Of a stretch of 64,000 bases of DNA, positions 9,311-19,361 are shown piece after piece. Below the pieces are notes generated by a model, which made no database searches, had not been told where the DNA came from, and saw only the letters and a program-made list of their open reading frames with translations. Source of the stretch: Pseudomonadota bacterium (GTDB lineage: Bacteria > Bdellovibrionota_B > Oligoflexia > Oligoflexales > RGVZ01); contig JBEGVZ010000043.1 in NCBI GenBank assembly GCA_041178085.1, forward strand, positions 39,381-103,380, in the 5' to 3' direction. The position numbers were made by a program, and so were the translations under genes. Within the stretch, counting starts at the first letter, position 1. The number at the start of each line of letters is the position of its first letter.

Positions 9311-9997
9311 TTAACCACCTTTGCCAGAACCTGCAGGGCGCTCAAGGGTGGCAGACAGGACCTCTCCACAACGTCTTGTTTCAACACCGGATTCACGCTT
9401 GAGAAGGCGGGCGGAATCCTGCAAGGCCATCTCGTACTGGTCCCGGGGGAACAGGACCAGAACATGGATGTTGTAGACATATCCTGCCTTGACAACCCTT
9501 TCGTTGCCGGAATCGGGTGCTTCAACCTTCTCGTAATAAATGTCCGCAACCCGGGCGGTCGCACCGAACTGTTTCTTGACGGAAGAGCCGACCACTTCAC
9601 TGATACGAGTGTTGCCGGGCTGCGAGAGGTCCAGTTTGCAGGATTCAGCGACCCGCTTGCGGGCGGCTTCGATGATTGCCACCTCACTGAGCTGGGTGGC
9701 GGATAGCTGGGCTTTCTTGACGCCAAGGGGCAGGTCCATTTCGTCAATCAGGACGCCGTGAAACTGGTAACCAGTCTCCTGCCAGGTCAGCTGGGAGGGC
9801 TTGACCGACACCCATGGCGGGGTCTGTTCCTTGCTCTTCTCAAGCACCCGCGGACCAAAGAACCCGCTGACCGAGAAGCAGCCTTGAAGGAAGCCTCCCG
9901 ACAAAGCTACCAGCAATCCCCGCTGAGCTGCGGACTTCAATGTTCTCAATGTGCAACGCAACATCCAGTCAACTCCCCGGAATCTTTCCGACATCAC
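9311..9997 (-). CDS. putative lipoprotein (LPP20-like)
   Basis: Lipobox FLQGC followed by PPWV. Confidence 0.65.
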   Translation of the reverse strand: MMSERFRGVDWMLRCTLRTLKSAAQRGLLVALSGGFLQGCFSVSGFFGPRVLEKSKEQTPPWVSVKPSQLTWQETGYQFHGVLIDEMDLPLGVKKAQLSATQLSEVAIIEAARKRVAESCKLDLSQPGNTRISEVVGSSVKKQFGATARVADIYYEKVEAPDSGNERVVKAGYVYNIHVLVLFPRDQYEMALQDSARLLKRESGVETRRCGEVLSATLERPAGSGKGG

Positions 9998-10194
9998 AGC
10001 TTGTTCATCTTGCGGATGGCCTTCATCTTGTCCAGGACACGCTGGCGAAGGGACGGATTCTCGTCAAGGATCAGTTTCAAGATCTCGACTTCGTCCTGGG
10101 TGCCACGGTCCTTTTCAGCAACCAGGCTTCTGCCAAAAGACCTGTTTTTTTTCTTGTCGTTTGTCGAATCAGCCACGGCTTCCCCCTTGTTCAC
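9994..10194 (-). CDS. small hypothetical protein (start may be GTG 10176)
   Basis: Fills the gap with 4-bp overlaps to its neighbours. Confidence 0.55.
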   Translation of the reverse strand: MNKGEAVADSTNDKKKNRSFGRSLVAEKDRGTQDEVEILKLILDENPSLRQRVLDKMKAIRKMNKL

Positions 10195-10970
10195 ATCAAA
10201 TGATAGACCAGCCCGGCACCAATCCAGCGATCGTATCGCTCAAGCGAGGCATTGACCGGCTTGCCCTCTGGGCTGCGCGGCTTACGGTACTTCTGGTACC
10301 TGTCATGGTACCCGGCACGGATGGCAAGCGGCAGGGATACAAAGATGTCCATTGCGGCAGCCACTTCATAGGACTCCATCGTCATGGATATCTCGACATC
10401 CTGATCCACACCGTCCGACTCGACGAGGCCATCGTATCTTTCTAGATTGACGCCGCCGGACAAAAGTCCACGAACCGCTGGGGAAAAGTTGTAGACGAAG
10501 CCAGCGACCAAACCCGGATAAATGAAGGAAGTCGGTGGCTTGACAGGCTCTGAGCTGCCTGTCCTGGTGTATGTAGCTCCCATGCTACTGCCGAGGAAAT
10601 AGCCGAAACCTTCGTAAATCTGCAGGTGGTAGGTGTATTCCGCCCGGGCCCAAGCGCCGTCGTCAGCGACCGTGCGATCCTTTACCGTGCCCATGGAGTG
10701 AACATTCCAGCTACCACGGGTGTAACCGCTGGTGGCGGCAAAATTGTGCTCCCGGCGAAAGCCACGAACAACCCTTTCCCATCGTGTAAAGCCGGGATTT
10801 GCCAGATCGATCGTGTCAAAACCGGAAGCGAGGTCATCCCCCCCAACCACGGATGCCGGCGGGGGCTGAGCCAAGGCCAGACGGGGTGCCGAACCGGTAA
10901 AAAGCGCTAAAACCAGCAAGCACCGGCCGGGCAAAACAGAGGCTTTGACAATTTCGGGCATCCAGAGCAA
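10191..10970 (-). CDS. putative outer-membrane beta-barrel protein
   Basis: Signal peptide, alternating aromatic beta strands, C-terminal GAGLVYHLM. Confidence 0.65.
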   Translation of the reverse strand: MLWMPEIVKASVLPGRCLLVLALFTGSAPRLALAQPPPASVVGGDDLASGFDTIDLANPGFTRWERVVRGFRREHNFAATSGYTRGSWNVHSMGTVKDRTVADDGAWARAEYTYHLQIYEGFGYFLGSSMGATYTRTGSSEPVKPPTSFIYPGLVAGFVYNFSPAVRGLLSGGVNLERYDGLVESDGVDQDVEISMTMESYEVAAAMDIFVSLPLAIRAGYHDRYQKYRKPRSPEGKPVNASLERYDRWIGAGLVYHLM

Positions 10971-11022
10971 TGAAGTATCCGCGTGGAATCTTGATGACCA
11001 TTATAACCGGAAAGTCGCGAAC

Positions 11023-12171
11023 ATGCAGGGAAATGAGACTTCGACCAGCCAAATGGACCCGATCGCCGTCCTGATCAACGGAGACCCCTTCCTTGCGATC
11101 CTGGTCGCCGTGGCAGTCCTGTTGGCACTGGTGGCAATCACCGGACTGCTAATCCGCCGCGCAAGGATGCGACACGACGAAGCAGATCTGTCAGAGGCAA
11201 TGCAAAAAGACTTTATCGCTGCGCCGGCACCGCCTGCCAGCATGCCGGTTACAGCAGCTGCTGAAAGCTGGCAGGACCGCCTGAGCTCCGGGCTATCAAG
11301 AACCCGCGCCGCACTTTCGGCCACCCTTTCTGCTTTGTTCCCGGCGGGAGCAAAGCTGGGCGACGCTCTGCTGGAACAGGTACACGAGGCACTTTACCGG
11401 GCAGATCTTGGCGTCAAAACCACGGACCTGCTGGTGGAGGAACTGCGCCGCGAGTTCGGCGGCAAACAGGACGCCGGATGGGACTCGGTCAGGCCATTCC
11501 TCGTTGACCGCATGAAGTCTATTTTTGCAACCGCTCCAGCCGCTGATTCGGTGCCAGAAGTCCACCCCAAGGTAATCCTCGTGGTCGGCGTAAATGGTGC
11601 CGGCAAGACCACAACCATCGGTAAACTGGCAGCCTGGTACAGCAGTCACGGGAAAAAAGTACTGCTCGGCGCTGGAGATACCTTTCGCGCAGCAGCCATT
11701 GAACAATTAGAGAAATGGGCGGAGAGAACGGGCTCAGACCTGGTCCGGCAGCCTGCCGGTTCCGATCCAGCGGCGGTGGCCTTCGATGCGGTCAAGGCGG
11801 GCAAGGCACGGGGAGCTGACGTGATCATCATTGACACGGCGGGTCGCCTGCACAGCAAAGAAGACCTGATGGCCGAACTGGGTAAAATCAACCGCAGCAT
11901 CGGCAAGGAGATGCCTGGGGCTCCGCATGAAACCCTTCTCGTGATCGATGCGACGACGGGGCAAAACGCAGTCCAGCAAGTGCGCGCATTCAGCGAAGTG
12001 GTGCCTCTGACGGGGCTCGTGGCCACCAAACTGGACGGTACGGCGAAAGGTGGTGTGCTGGTTGGCATCGCGCACCAGTTCAAGGTCCCGGTACGCTTCA
12101 TCGGCATCGGCGAAAAAACGGACGATCTGCGCCCGTTTGATGCTGGTGCATTCGTCTCCGCGATTGTCTGA
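11023..12171 (+). CDS. ftsY: signal recognition particle receptor FtsY with N-terminal transmembrane anchor
   Basis: GVNGAGKTTTIGKLA, DTFRAAA, DTAGR, TKLDGTAKGG, GIGEK. Confidence 0.96.
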   Translation: MQGNETSTSQMDPIAVLINGDPFLAILVAVAVLLALVAITGLLIRRARMRHDEADLSEAMQKDFIAAPAPPASMPVTAAAESWQDRLSSGLSRTRAALSATLSALFPAGAKLGDALLEQVHEALYRADLGVKTTDLLVEELRREFGGKQDAGWDSVRPFLVDRMKSIFATAPAADSVPEVHPKVILVVGVNGAGKTTTIGKLAAWYSSHGKKVLLGAGDTFRAAAIEQLEKWAERTGSDLVRQPAGSDPAAVAFDAVKAGKARGADVIIIDTAGRLHSKEDLMAELGKINRSIGKEMPGAPHETLLVIDATTGQNAVQQVRAFSEVVPLTGLVATKLDGTAKGGVLVGIAHQFKVPVRFIGIGEKTDDLRPFDAGAFVSAIV

Positions 12172-12373
12172 CGAGGACCGCAGTTTACCCGGAAGTAAAT
12201 GAGGACCGCAGACAAGGAACAACGCAGCAGATGACCCTTAAGACTCAAAAGCCGGATGCTGAGATAGGGTCAGATGCAAGGCGTGACGTTGTCGAGGACC
12301 GCAGTTTACCCGGAAGTAAATGAGGACCGGAGACAAGGAGCAACGCCGCAGATGACCCTATCTCGGCATCCGG
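12172..12373. repeat. REP/MITE-like palindromic element: one full copy (12252-12373, 21-bp terminal inverted repeats) plus a partial direct copy (12172-12238)
   Basis: TIRs ccggatgctgagatagggtca / tgaccctatctcggcatccgg (1 mismatch). The 67-bp direct repeat 12172-12238 vs 12293-12359 has 3 mismatches. Confidence 0.85.
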
Positions 12374-13153
12374 TCAGGATTCAAAGGACTCGGTCTTGAA
12401 ATGATCCCCGGCCACCCCATTGGCCAACGCATGCGCACGAGCCATGTCCATCATTTGCTGGGGACCACAAGACATGAAGGTGGTGGAGGCATATTCGCCA
12501 CCAATTGCTTCCCTGAGCATCTCCTCACTGATGCGACCATAAAGGAAACCTTCTTTTTCCGCGTGCTCCCGCGATAGCGACACGAGCACCCGGCAACCAG
12601 GGAAAGTCTTTATCTCCTGCAGGGCATCCCAGCAGATCAAATCCTTGGTTGAGCGGTAAGAGACAAGCAGCGTCATACGCTCAGGTGCGCCCGGCTTGCC
12701 CAGATTGTTGGAAAATTCGCGCATGATGCTGACAAACGGGGTGACGCCACTGCCAGCAGCGATCATGAACAAATGCTTCATGTCATGCTCCGGGTCATAG
12801 CAAAAACGCCCGATCGGACCGCGAGCGCGCAGGATGCTCCCTTGGCGGACATTGTCACAGAGCCAGTTGCTGATCAGGCCCTTTTCGACCCGCTTGACAG
12901 TGAAAGCGATGTGATCTGCCTGACAGGGTGAACTGGACATCGTGTAACTGCGAACAACCGGCTTGTCCCCGACATTGTCAAAGCGGAAGGTCAGGTACTG
13001 GCCAGAGATATAATCGAAAGCGCGAACACCATCTTCGGCGTCCACCATCAAGAAAGTGTCCGTATCCGGAGTCTCGTGGATGACATGCGTAACCCGGAGG
13101 TTCATCCAGCCACGCTTCACGCGGCGTTCCGTTGACGGTGCAAAAATATTCAA
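12374..13153 (-). CDS. ferredoxin-NAD(P) reductase family FAD/NAD-binding oxidoreductase (no 2Fe-2S domain)
   Basis: GQYL, RSYTMSS, GLISNWL, AAGSGVTP, CGP...M, C-terminal ESF. Confidence 0.88.
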   Translation of the reverse strand: MNIFAPSTERRVKRGWMNLRVTHVIHETPDTDTFLMVDAEDGVRAFDYISGQYLTFRFDNVGDKPVVRSYTMSSSPCQADHIAFTVKRVEKGLISNWLCDNVRQGSILRARGPIGRFCYDPEHDMKHLFMIAAGSGVTPFVSIMREFSNNLGKPGAPERMTLLVSYRSTKDLICWDALQEIKTFPGCRVLVSLSREHAEKEGFLYGRISEEMLREAIGGEYASTTFMSCGPQQMMDMARAHALANGVAGDHFKTESFES

Positions 13154-13193
13154 GGCAAGACTCCCACAGGAAAAATTAGGCAGCGCGTTGCGT

Positions 13194-14144
13194 CTAAAGT
13201 CTGGACTGCAATGTTTTCACAGCCATTGCATATTCGTTTTCAAGCCGGGCCACAAGATCGGCACAGGTCGGGACATCCCGGACCATTGAACAAGCTTGAC
13301 CGATTTCCAGCTCCCCACTGGACATGTCACCATCGAGCATCCCTGCCTTGGCGCGCCCTTTGCCCAGGTGAGCCGCCAGCTCCTCTGGACTCGCGCAGCG
13401 GGACTCCAAGGCACGGACTTCCTCATAAAACTGGTTTTTCAGCAATCTGACCGGGACCAGCTGCTTCATCATCAGAAAAGTTGAATCGGGTCGCGCACTG
13501 ACGATCGCCCGCTTGAAATTTTCGTGTGCGCTGGATTCCACAGTGGCAGCAAATCGGGTGCCAATCTGGACTCCCCGGGCGCCCAAGGCCATGGCCGCTG
13601 CGATTCCGCGACCATCGGCAATGCCGCCTGCTGCGATGACCGGGATCTTCACGGCATCGACTACCTGCGGGATCAGGACCAGAGTGGTGATCTCGTCACG
13701 ACCGTTATGTCCGCCGGCTTCAAAACCCTCTGCAACGACCGCATCGCACCCTGCGTCCTCGCATTTTTTCGCCAGGTCGGGCGTTGAGGTGACGTGGACC
13801 ACGACGCAGCCATGGCTTTTCAGCATCGGGGTCAATTTTTTAGGGCTGCCAGCAGACGTGAAAAAAATTCGCACGCCGGCATCCAGCGCAACCCTCACCT
13901 GATCCTCGACCCCCGAATAAAGCAAGGGCAGGTTGATGCCAAAAGGCTTTTGCGTGAGCGCCTTGCACTTCTCAATGTGATGCTTGAGCAGGTCAGGCTT
14001 CATCGAACCGGCACCGATCAAACCCAGAGCCCCTGCGTTACTCGCTGCGGCCGCGAGCTTGCCCCCAGAAACCCAGACCATGCCTGCCTGGACAATCGGC
14101 AGGCGCGTGCCCAGGAGGGAGTTCAAGGCACTTGTGTCATTCAT
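13194..14144 (-). CDS. nitronate monooxygenase / FabK-like flavin oxidoreductase
   Basis: PIVQAGM, EGFEAGGH, AAGGIADGRG, GVQIGTRF. Confidence 0.9.
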   Translation of the reverse strand: MNDTSALNSLLGTRLPIVQAGMVWVSGGKLAAAASNAGALGLIGAGSMKPDLLKHHIEKCKALTQKPFGINLPLLYSGVEDQVRVALDAGVRIFFTSAGSPKKLTPMLKSHGCVVVHVTSTPDLAKKCEDAGCDAVVAEGFEAGGHNGRDEITTLVLIPQVVDAVKIPVIAAGGIADGRGIAAAMALGARGVQIGTRFAATVESSAHENFKRAIVSARPDSTFLMMKQLVPVRLLKNQFYEEVRALESRCASPEELAAHLGKGRAKAGMLDGDMSSGELEIGQACSMVRDVPTCADLVARLENEYAMAVKTLQSRL

Positions 14145-14258
14145 TCGAAGCCCTCACAATAAAATCACATGAAATTCGTATAAAATAGTCGCCGCAAGCG
14201 GGCCTATGAGATATTAAACAGGCCCGTTGATTGGTGCCAACAAACTACCGGACCGGAC

Positions 14259-15173
14259 GTGGAAAAACCAGCCCGTCAAACCTCAGAAAACGCTTATAAA
14301 TTGCTGGACTGCGGCAATTTCATGAAGCTTGAACAAGTCGGCCCGTGGCGCATCGCGCGTCCAGCAGCCCAGGCCGTCTGGCGCCCGCGCTTGCCAGAAA
14401 GCGACTGGCGGCGGGTCGATGCCAGCTTTGAACGCTTCAAGGGAGGGGACGGCAAATGGACCGTCCACAACCGGAAGCTTCCAGCGAACTGGCTGCTGCC
14501 TTGCGGACCCGTGACACTGAACGTCAAGCTGACGGATTTTGGCCACCTCGGGATTTTTGCCGAGCAAGACCGCAACTGGCCGCGCCTCGTAGAATTGGTC
14601 GAAGACGGGATCCGAAAAGGCAAACGGGACGCCGCGAAACCCTTCCAGGTCCTAAACCTCTTTGCCTACACGGGTGGATCAAGCCTCGCCTGTGCGCGGG
14701 GAGGCGCTCATGTGGTGCACGTTGACGCATCAAAGACCAGTGTCGCCTGGGCGCGCGAAAATGCCGAAGTTTCGAAGCTTTCCGACCACCCCATCCGGTG
14801 GATCGTCGATGATGTGCGGAAATTCGTCCAGCGTGAAGTACGCCGCGGATCGCGTTACCACGGAATCATCCTGGACCCCCCGACCTACGGACGCGGTGCT
14901 AAGGGAGAGATTTGGCAGATTGAAGAACACCTTCCCCCACTTCTTGACGACCTTGAGCAGATCCTTGCAGAAGATTTTACGTTCGTCATGCTGTGCGCAC
15001 ATTCCAACGGTTACACGCCGCTTGCGCTCAAGAACCTTGTGCAAGACATGCTGAAGGGCAGAAAGAACCTTCGCTGTGAACACTTCGCGGAGGAAATGGT
15101 GATCGAGGAATCACAATCCGTCCCCCCGCGCATGCTGCCCAGTGGTGCAATGTGCCTGACCGTATCGAAGTAA
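14259..15173 (+). CDS. class I SAM-dependent methyltransferase (RlmI/RlmK-like)
   Basis: VLNLFAYTG, HVDAS, IILDPPTYG. Confidence 0.88.
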   Translation: MEKPARQTSENAYKLLDCGNFMKLEQVGPWRIARPAAQAVWRPRLPESDWRRVDASFERFKGGDGKWTVHNRKLPANWLLPCGPVTLNVKLTDFGHLGIFAEQDRNWPRLVELVEDGIRKGKRDAAKPFQVLNLFAYTGGSSLACARGGAHVVHVDASKTSVAWARENAEVSKLSDHPIRWIVDDVRKFVQREVRRGSRYHGIILDPPTYGRGAKGEIWQIEEHLPPLLDDLEQILAEDFTFVMLCAHSNGYTPLALKNLVQDMLKGRKNLRCEHFAEEMVIEESQSVPPRMLPSGAMCLTVSK

Positions 15174-15997
15174 TCACCAGCCCTCAAAACGCAAAGTTGA
15201 AGGCCCTCGCGGCCTTGCGCGAACGCAAGGAACGGACTGCAACCGGTCTTTGCCTGGTGGAGGGGGCGCGCGAAATCCTGATGGCGGCGGCCGGGGGTTA
15301 CGACATCGAGTCCCTGTTTTTCTGCCCCGCTGAAATCGAGCCCGCAAGTGACGCCGAAAAAGTCCTGACAAAAACCGCGCAGATTGCCCGGCAACGCTTT
15401 GAGCTTTCCCCGGTTGCCTTCGCCAAGGTCGCCATGCGAGAAGGGCGGGACGGCGTGATTGCCACTGTCCGCACCCGGACTTGGACCTGGGATGAGGTGT
15501 TTGGAGGCGCACCGGCTGATGAAAAAAAACCAGCGCTGATCCTTGCTGCCCAGAATGTCGAAAAACCCGGGAATCTTGGCGCACTGCTGCGCACTGCGGA
15601 AGCAGCCGGCTTGAATGCATTGGTCACCCTGGATGAAGCCGTGGACGTGTGGAATCCCAATGCGATTCGCGCGAGCCTTGGCTGTGCGTTCAGGGTACCC
15701 GTGCTGCAACTTTCCTCTGAGGAATTTGTGCGGAAGTGCAGGGCGACAGGATTGAAGACGGTCGCCGCCGCACTGGCGCCAGGTAGCAAGCCACATCACG
15801 ATATCGACATGCGTGAGTCCGTTGCGATTGTCATGGGCGCAGAGGCTTCTGGACTTTCACCATGGTGGCTCGAAAATGCAGATGTGACAGCCGTAATTCC
15901 GATGCTTGGAGAGGTCGATTCCATGAACGTCTCCGTCGCCGCAGGAATCATGGTGTTCGAAGCTCTACGCCAACGCAGACAACAGCAAAAACAATAG
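15152..15997 (+). CDS. TrmH/SpoU family RNA 2'-O-methyltransferase
   Basis: EKPGNLGALLRTA, GAEASGL, IPMLGEVDSMNVSVA. Confidence 0.92.
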   Translation: MPDRIEVITSPQNAKLKALAALRERKERTATGLCLVEGAREILMAAAGGYDIESLFFCPAEIEPASDAEKVLTKTAQIARQRFELSPVAFAKVAMREGRDGVIATVRTRTWTWDEVFGGAPADEKKPALILAAQNVEKPGNLGALLRTAEAAGLNALVTLDEAVDVWNPNAIRASLGCAFRVPVLQLSSEEFVRKCRATGLKTVAAALAPGSKPHHDIDMRESVAIVMGAEASGLSPWWLENADVTAVIPMLGEVDSMNVSVAAGIMVFEALRQRRQQQKQ

Positions 15998-16157
15998 AAC
16001 CAATAATATCGATATCTTAATCCCGCGCACAGGACGCGACACTAAGACCTTTCAAGCTTCGTGTACCTTCGGCCGATCTCCCCTGTGCCATCCCTGCCAA
16101 GGGAAACGGACGATGGCACTGTCTGGGCTGGGGGCAATGCCGGTCAGCTGGAAGTCA

Positions 16158-17198
16158 TCAACACTTGAAACGACCGACGATGGCGGCCGCGACGAACTGC
16201 GCCGCCGCATGACCTGAGACCCACGCGCCTTCAATCCTGGCTCCACTGAATGCATCACCAGCAAGGTGCAAGGAACGGCCCGGGTCCAACGTCACAAAAC
16301 CATCCATTACTGGATGGATCGGTGTCGCATAACGCCACTTTTTCAGCTGCCAGATTGCAGGCAACACTTTTGCGGGGAGCCCTGAGGCGTCAAGCATCAT
16401 GCGCGTAACGGTTGCAGGATCAGCATCGAAGTGTTGCAGGCTGAACGCGGGAGACGCGTGCAAAGTTATCCCGCCTGGCAACGGTGATACTCCTTTGCGG
16501 TGATTGTCCGCACCCCACGACAACACCTCCCCGTCGTAGCGACGTGCACCGGGAGCAGGAAAAACCGCCGCCGCAATATCCGGATCAATCACCAGCATCA
16601 AGGCAAGGCATGGATCGAATCCAATTGAGGCGGCATGCTTTTCACAGGCATTGCTGATCGCAGCATCCTTGAAAAGAGGGACCGCCTGCACCACCGGAAC
16701 CGTCACCAGCACCTGCCTTGCGGCAAGGGATCCGTCACCCTCACAATCAATCGACCAGAGCCCATCGATGGAACGGATTGCGGAAACCCTTTGATCCAGC
16801 CGCAAAGCGCCGGCTGGCAGACGTGCAGCCAGATCCTTGGCTAGGGCGGTCATTCCGCGCGGACAGAAATACCGCGGATGGCCATCTGAAAATCCCACGG
16901 AATCGCCCGGATCAGCGGATCCGCCACCGGGAAAACCACGACACCACTCTTCAACGATCCCGGCGCGATTCCATGTTTCGACCTGGGCACGGAATTCTTC
17001 CGACCGGACGGTAAAAAACTGCGCCCCGTGATCGAAGACATGCCCCTCAATCCTCCGGGTGGCAAGACGCCCTCCCGGCGCACGGCCTTTGTCCAACAAG
17101 ACGATTTGCTTTCCAGCTGCACGCAAAACGGGCTCAAGATGAACCGCTGCAGATAATCCACTGAGCCCCGCACCGACAATGGCCACGTCAAACATCAT
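16158..17198 (-). CDS. renalase-like NAD(P)/FAD-dependent oxidoreductase
   Basis: GAGLSG, GGRLATRR, FDHGAQFFT, WRYA, GD...IEGAWVSG. Confidence 0.88.
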   Translation of the reverse strand: MMFDVAIVGAGLSGLSAAVHLEPVLRAAGKQIVLLDKGRAPGGRLATRRIEGHVFDHGAQFFTVRSEEFRAQVETWNRAGIVEEWCRGFPGGGSADPGDSVGFSDGHPRYFCPRGMTALAKDLAARLPAGALRLDQRVSAIRSIDGLWSIDCEGDGSLAARQVLVTVPVVQAVPLFKDAAISNACEKHAASIGFDPCLALMLVIDPDIAAAVFPAPGARRYDGEVLSWGADNHRKGVSPLPGGITLHASPAFSLQHFDADPATVTRMMLDASGLPAKVLPAIWQLKKWRYATPIHPVMDGFVTLDPGRSLHLAGDAFSGARIEGAWVSGHAAAQFVAAAIVGRFKC

Positions 17199-17247
17199 TT
17201 GTTACGATCTCCCCGCGGAAAACACTTTACGCGGGAAAGATCACTTC

Positions 17248-18000
17248 ATGCAAACCTACAACCTGTCGGATCGCGTCTACGTCATCACAGGAGCTGCCGG
17301 CGGTGTCGGTTCAACGCTCGCCCGTCACCTTCGTTCTTGCGGCGCCCGCCTTGCTCTGGGCAGCCGGAACCCCGAAAGTCTAAATGCACTGGCCGCGGAA
17401 ACGGATTCGATTGTCGAGCGGTTCGACGGGGCGGATTTCGCCTCTGCCGAAACCCTCGTCAATGCCGCGCTGGAAAAATATGGCCAGATTGACGGTGCCA
17501 TTTGCTGTTCCGGATCCATCTTGCTCAAGCCCGCCCATCTGGTCACGGAAGCCGAATACAACGCCACGATGGCGGCAAACGCGTCCGCTGCATTCGCTTT
17601 GGTGAGAGCCGCCGCGAAACCCATGATGGCGAAAGGGGGATCCATTGTCCTGTTCGCCTCAGCGGCCTCAGTCGCAGGACTTTCCAACCACGAGGCAATT
17701 GCGGCGGCAAAAGGAGCCGTGATGGGGCTGACTTTATCTGCCGCTGCGACCTACGCGCGCTACGGAATCAGGGTCAACTGCGTTGCGCCTGGGCTGGTTG
17801 AAACACCACTCACCGCGCGCATCACCGGCAACGAGGCATCACTGAAGGCCTCCCAGGCCATGCACGCACTTGGGCGCATAGGAAAACCAGAGGACATCGC
17901 TGCAGCGGCGACCTGGCTGCTGTCTGATGACAGTTCCTGGATGTCTGGAAATACCTTGAGCGTGGATGGTGGTCTTGGTCACCTGCGGAGCAAGGCATGA
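17248..18000 (+). CDS. SDR family oxidoreductase
   Basis: TGAAGGVG, NCVAPG, LGRIG.PEDIA, VDGG; the catalytic Tyr is replaced (IAAAK). Confidence 0.88.
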   Translation: MQTYNLSDRVYVITGAAGGVGSTLARHLRSCGARLALGSRNPESLNALAAETDSIVERFDGADFASAETLVNAALEKYGQIDGAICCSGSILLKPAHLVTEAEYNATMAANASAAFALVRAAAKPMMAKGGSIVLFASAASVAGLSNHEAIAAAKGAVMGLTLSAAATYARYGIRVNCVAPGLVETPLTARITGNEASLKASQAMHALGRIGKPEDIAAAATWLLSDDSSWMSGNTLSVDGGLGHLRSKA

Positions 18001-18863
18001 GCCGGGCTATCAAAAAAATCGTGGTCACCGGCGCTTCTGACGGCATCGGCAGGGTAACGGCCCTGCGACTGGCACAGGCCGGAAACCATGTGACCATTGT
18101 CGGACGCAGCGCCGAAAAAACAAAAAAAGTTGCCGATGAAATCACGGCCAGCATCCCTGCCGGCACCCAGGGCTCGCTCGACTGGCTGGTAGCCGACCTC
18201 TCGCGCCCCGCTGAAGTGAGGCGCCTTGCGGATGAATGGCTGGCGCGTCACGACCACCTTGACGTTCTGGTCAACAATGCCGGCGCCATGTTTGAAAAGA
18301 ACGAGGTCACGCCGGACGGGTTTGAAAAGACCTTCGCACTCAACCACTTGAACTATTTCTTGCTGACGGATCTTTTGATGCCTGCCATGCGCAAGGCGCC
18401 GGCCGCGCGGATCGTCAACGTGGCCAGCGAAGCCCATCGCGCCTGCGACCTTGATTTTGATGCGCTCGAGCAAAGGCATTCGGGAAAATACAACGCATGG
18501 CGCGCTTACCAGCGTTCGAAACTCGCCAATATCCTGTTTACCCGGGAGCTGGCCCGACGCCTTGAAGAAACAGGCATCACTGCGAACTGCCTGCACCCCG
18601 GCCTGGTCGCGACTCGCTTCGGGCACAACAACCAAGGATTCTGGGGCATCGGGATGAAGCTGGCACAGCATCTGTTCGCCATCGACGAGGAAGCAGGCGC
18701 CAGCACGTCGATCTTCCTGTCGCTCGATCCTTCTGTGACCGGCAAGACGGGCGGCTACTACATCCGCTGTAAGCTCAGAAATCCGTCTTCAGCGGCACGG
18801 AACGAGGAAAGCGCAAAACGCCTGTGGACAGTCAGCGAAACCTTGCTTGGACCATTTCGCTGA
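17997..18863 (+). CDS. SDR family oxidoreductase (retinol dehydrogenase-like)
   Basis: TGASDGIG, NNAG, NHL..FLLT, YQRSK, HPGLVAT. Confidence 0.9.
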   Translation: MSRAIKKIVVTGASDGIGRVTALRLAQAGNHVTIVGRSAEKTKKVADEITASIPAGTQGSLDWLVADLSRPAEVRRLADEWLARHDHLDVLVNNAGAMFEKNEVTPDGFEKTFALNHLNYFLLTDLLMPAMRKAPAARIVNVASEAHRACDLDFDALEQRHSGKYNAWRAYQRSKLANILFTRELARRLEETGITANCLHPGLVATRFGHNNQGFWGIGMKLAQHLFAIDEEAGASTSIFLSLDPSVTGKTGGYYIRCKLRNPSSAARNEESAKRLWTVSETLLGPFR

Positions 18864-19361
18864 TCAAATGATCATCAAAACCGCGACCAGGCCTTTTGCG
18901 AGCCAAGCCACCGTGCGCAGCCAATTGGTCACAACCAGGCGCCGGATCGCTGGAAGGTCGTATCGCTTGGCAAGGATCGCATGACAAGGAATGCTGAATA
19001 GCGCAGTTGCCCCGAAAATGAAAATCACCAGAGAAATGTTCCAGACAGCAAGACTGCCGTCGAGCAAACGCTCACCGTTGGGCGTGGTCAGCCAGACCAG
19101 CAGGCACGCCGAGAGCAGCGCTTCAACCACCATGGGAGGTCCGACGACAATGCTGGTCAACCACTGGTTGCGTTCACTGTATTCGGCGAACCCGTCCGGA
19201 CCGATGTCCCGGAACAAAGGATAGTGAACAACCTGGACAAACAGGATCACGCCAATCATGTACCAGCTGGCAATGGCGTTGATGATCAAGGCGCCCCGGA
19301 TATGATCCGGGCTGGCAAGGCTGGCGATCCAGGCATCAAACATGGGAAGCTCCCCTGTCAT
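18864..19361 (-). CDS. hypothetical membrane protein
   Basis: Four hydrophobic segments; VQVVHYPLF and NWLRT motifs. Confidence 0.75.
   Translation of the reverse strand: MTGELPMFDAWIASLASPDHIRGALIINAIASWYMIGVILFVQVVHYPLFRDIGPDGFAEYSERNQWLTSIVVGPPMVVEALLSACLLVWLTTPNGERLLDGSLAVWNISLVIFIFGATALFSIPCHAILAKRYDLPAIRRLVVTNWLRTVAWLAKGLVAVLMII

Noticed and set aside
12172..12373. Possible CRISPR array
   Set aside because: Only two 67-bp copies, nested within terminal inverted repeats; no repeat-spacer periodicity and no cas genes.
16085..16119. Inverted repeat gtgccatc...gatggcac in the trmH-renalase convergent gap
   Set aside because: Short stem with no U-tract or recognisable RNA motif; not enough to call. 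The adjacent TGT-TGA-TGA is a double stop, not a selenocysteine signal.
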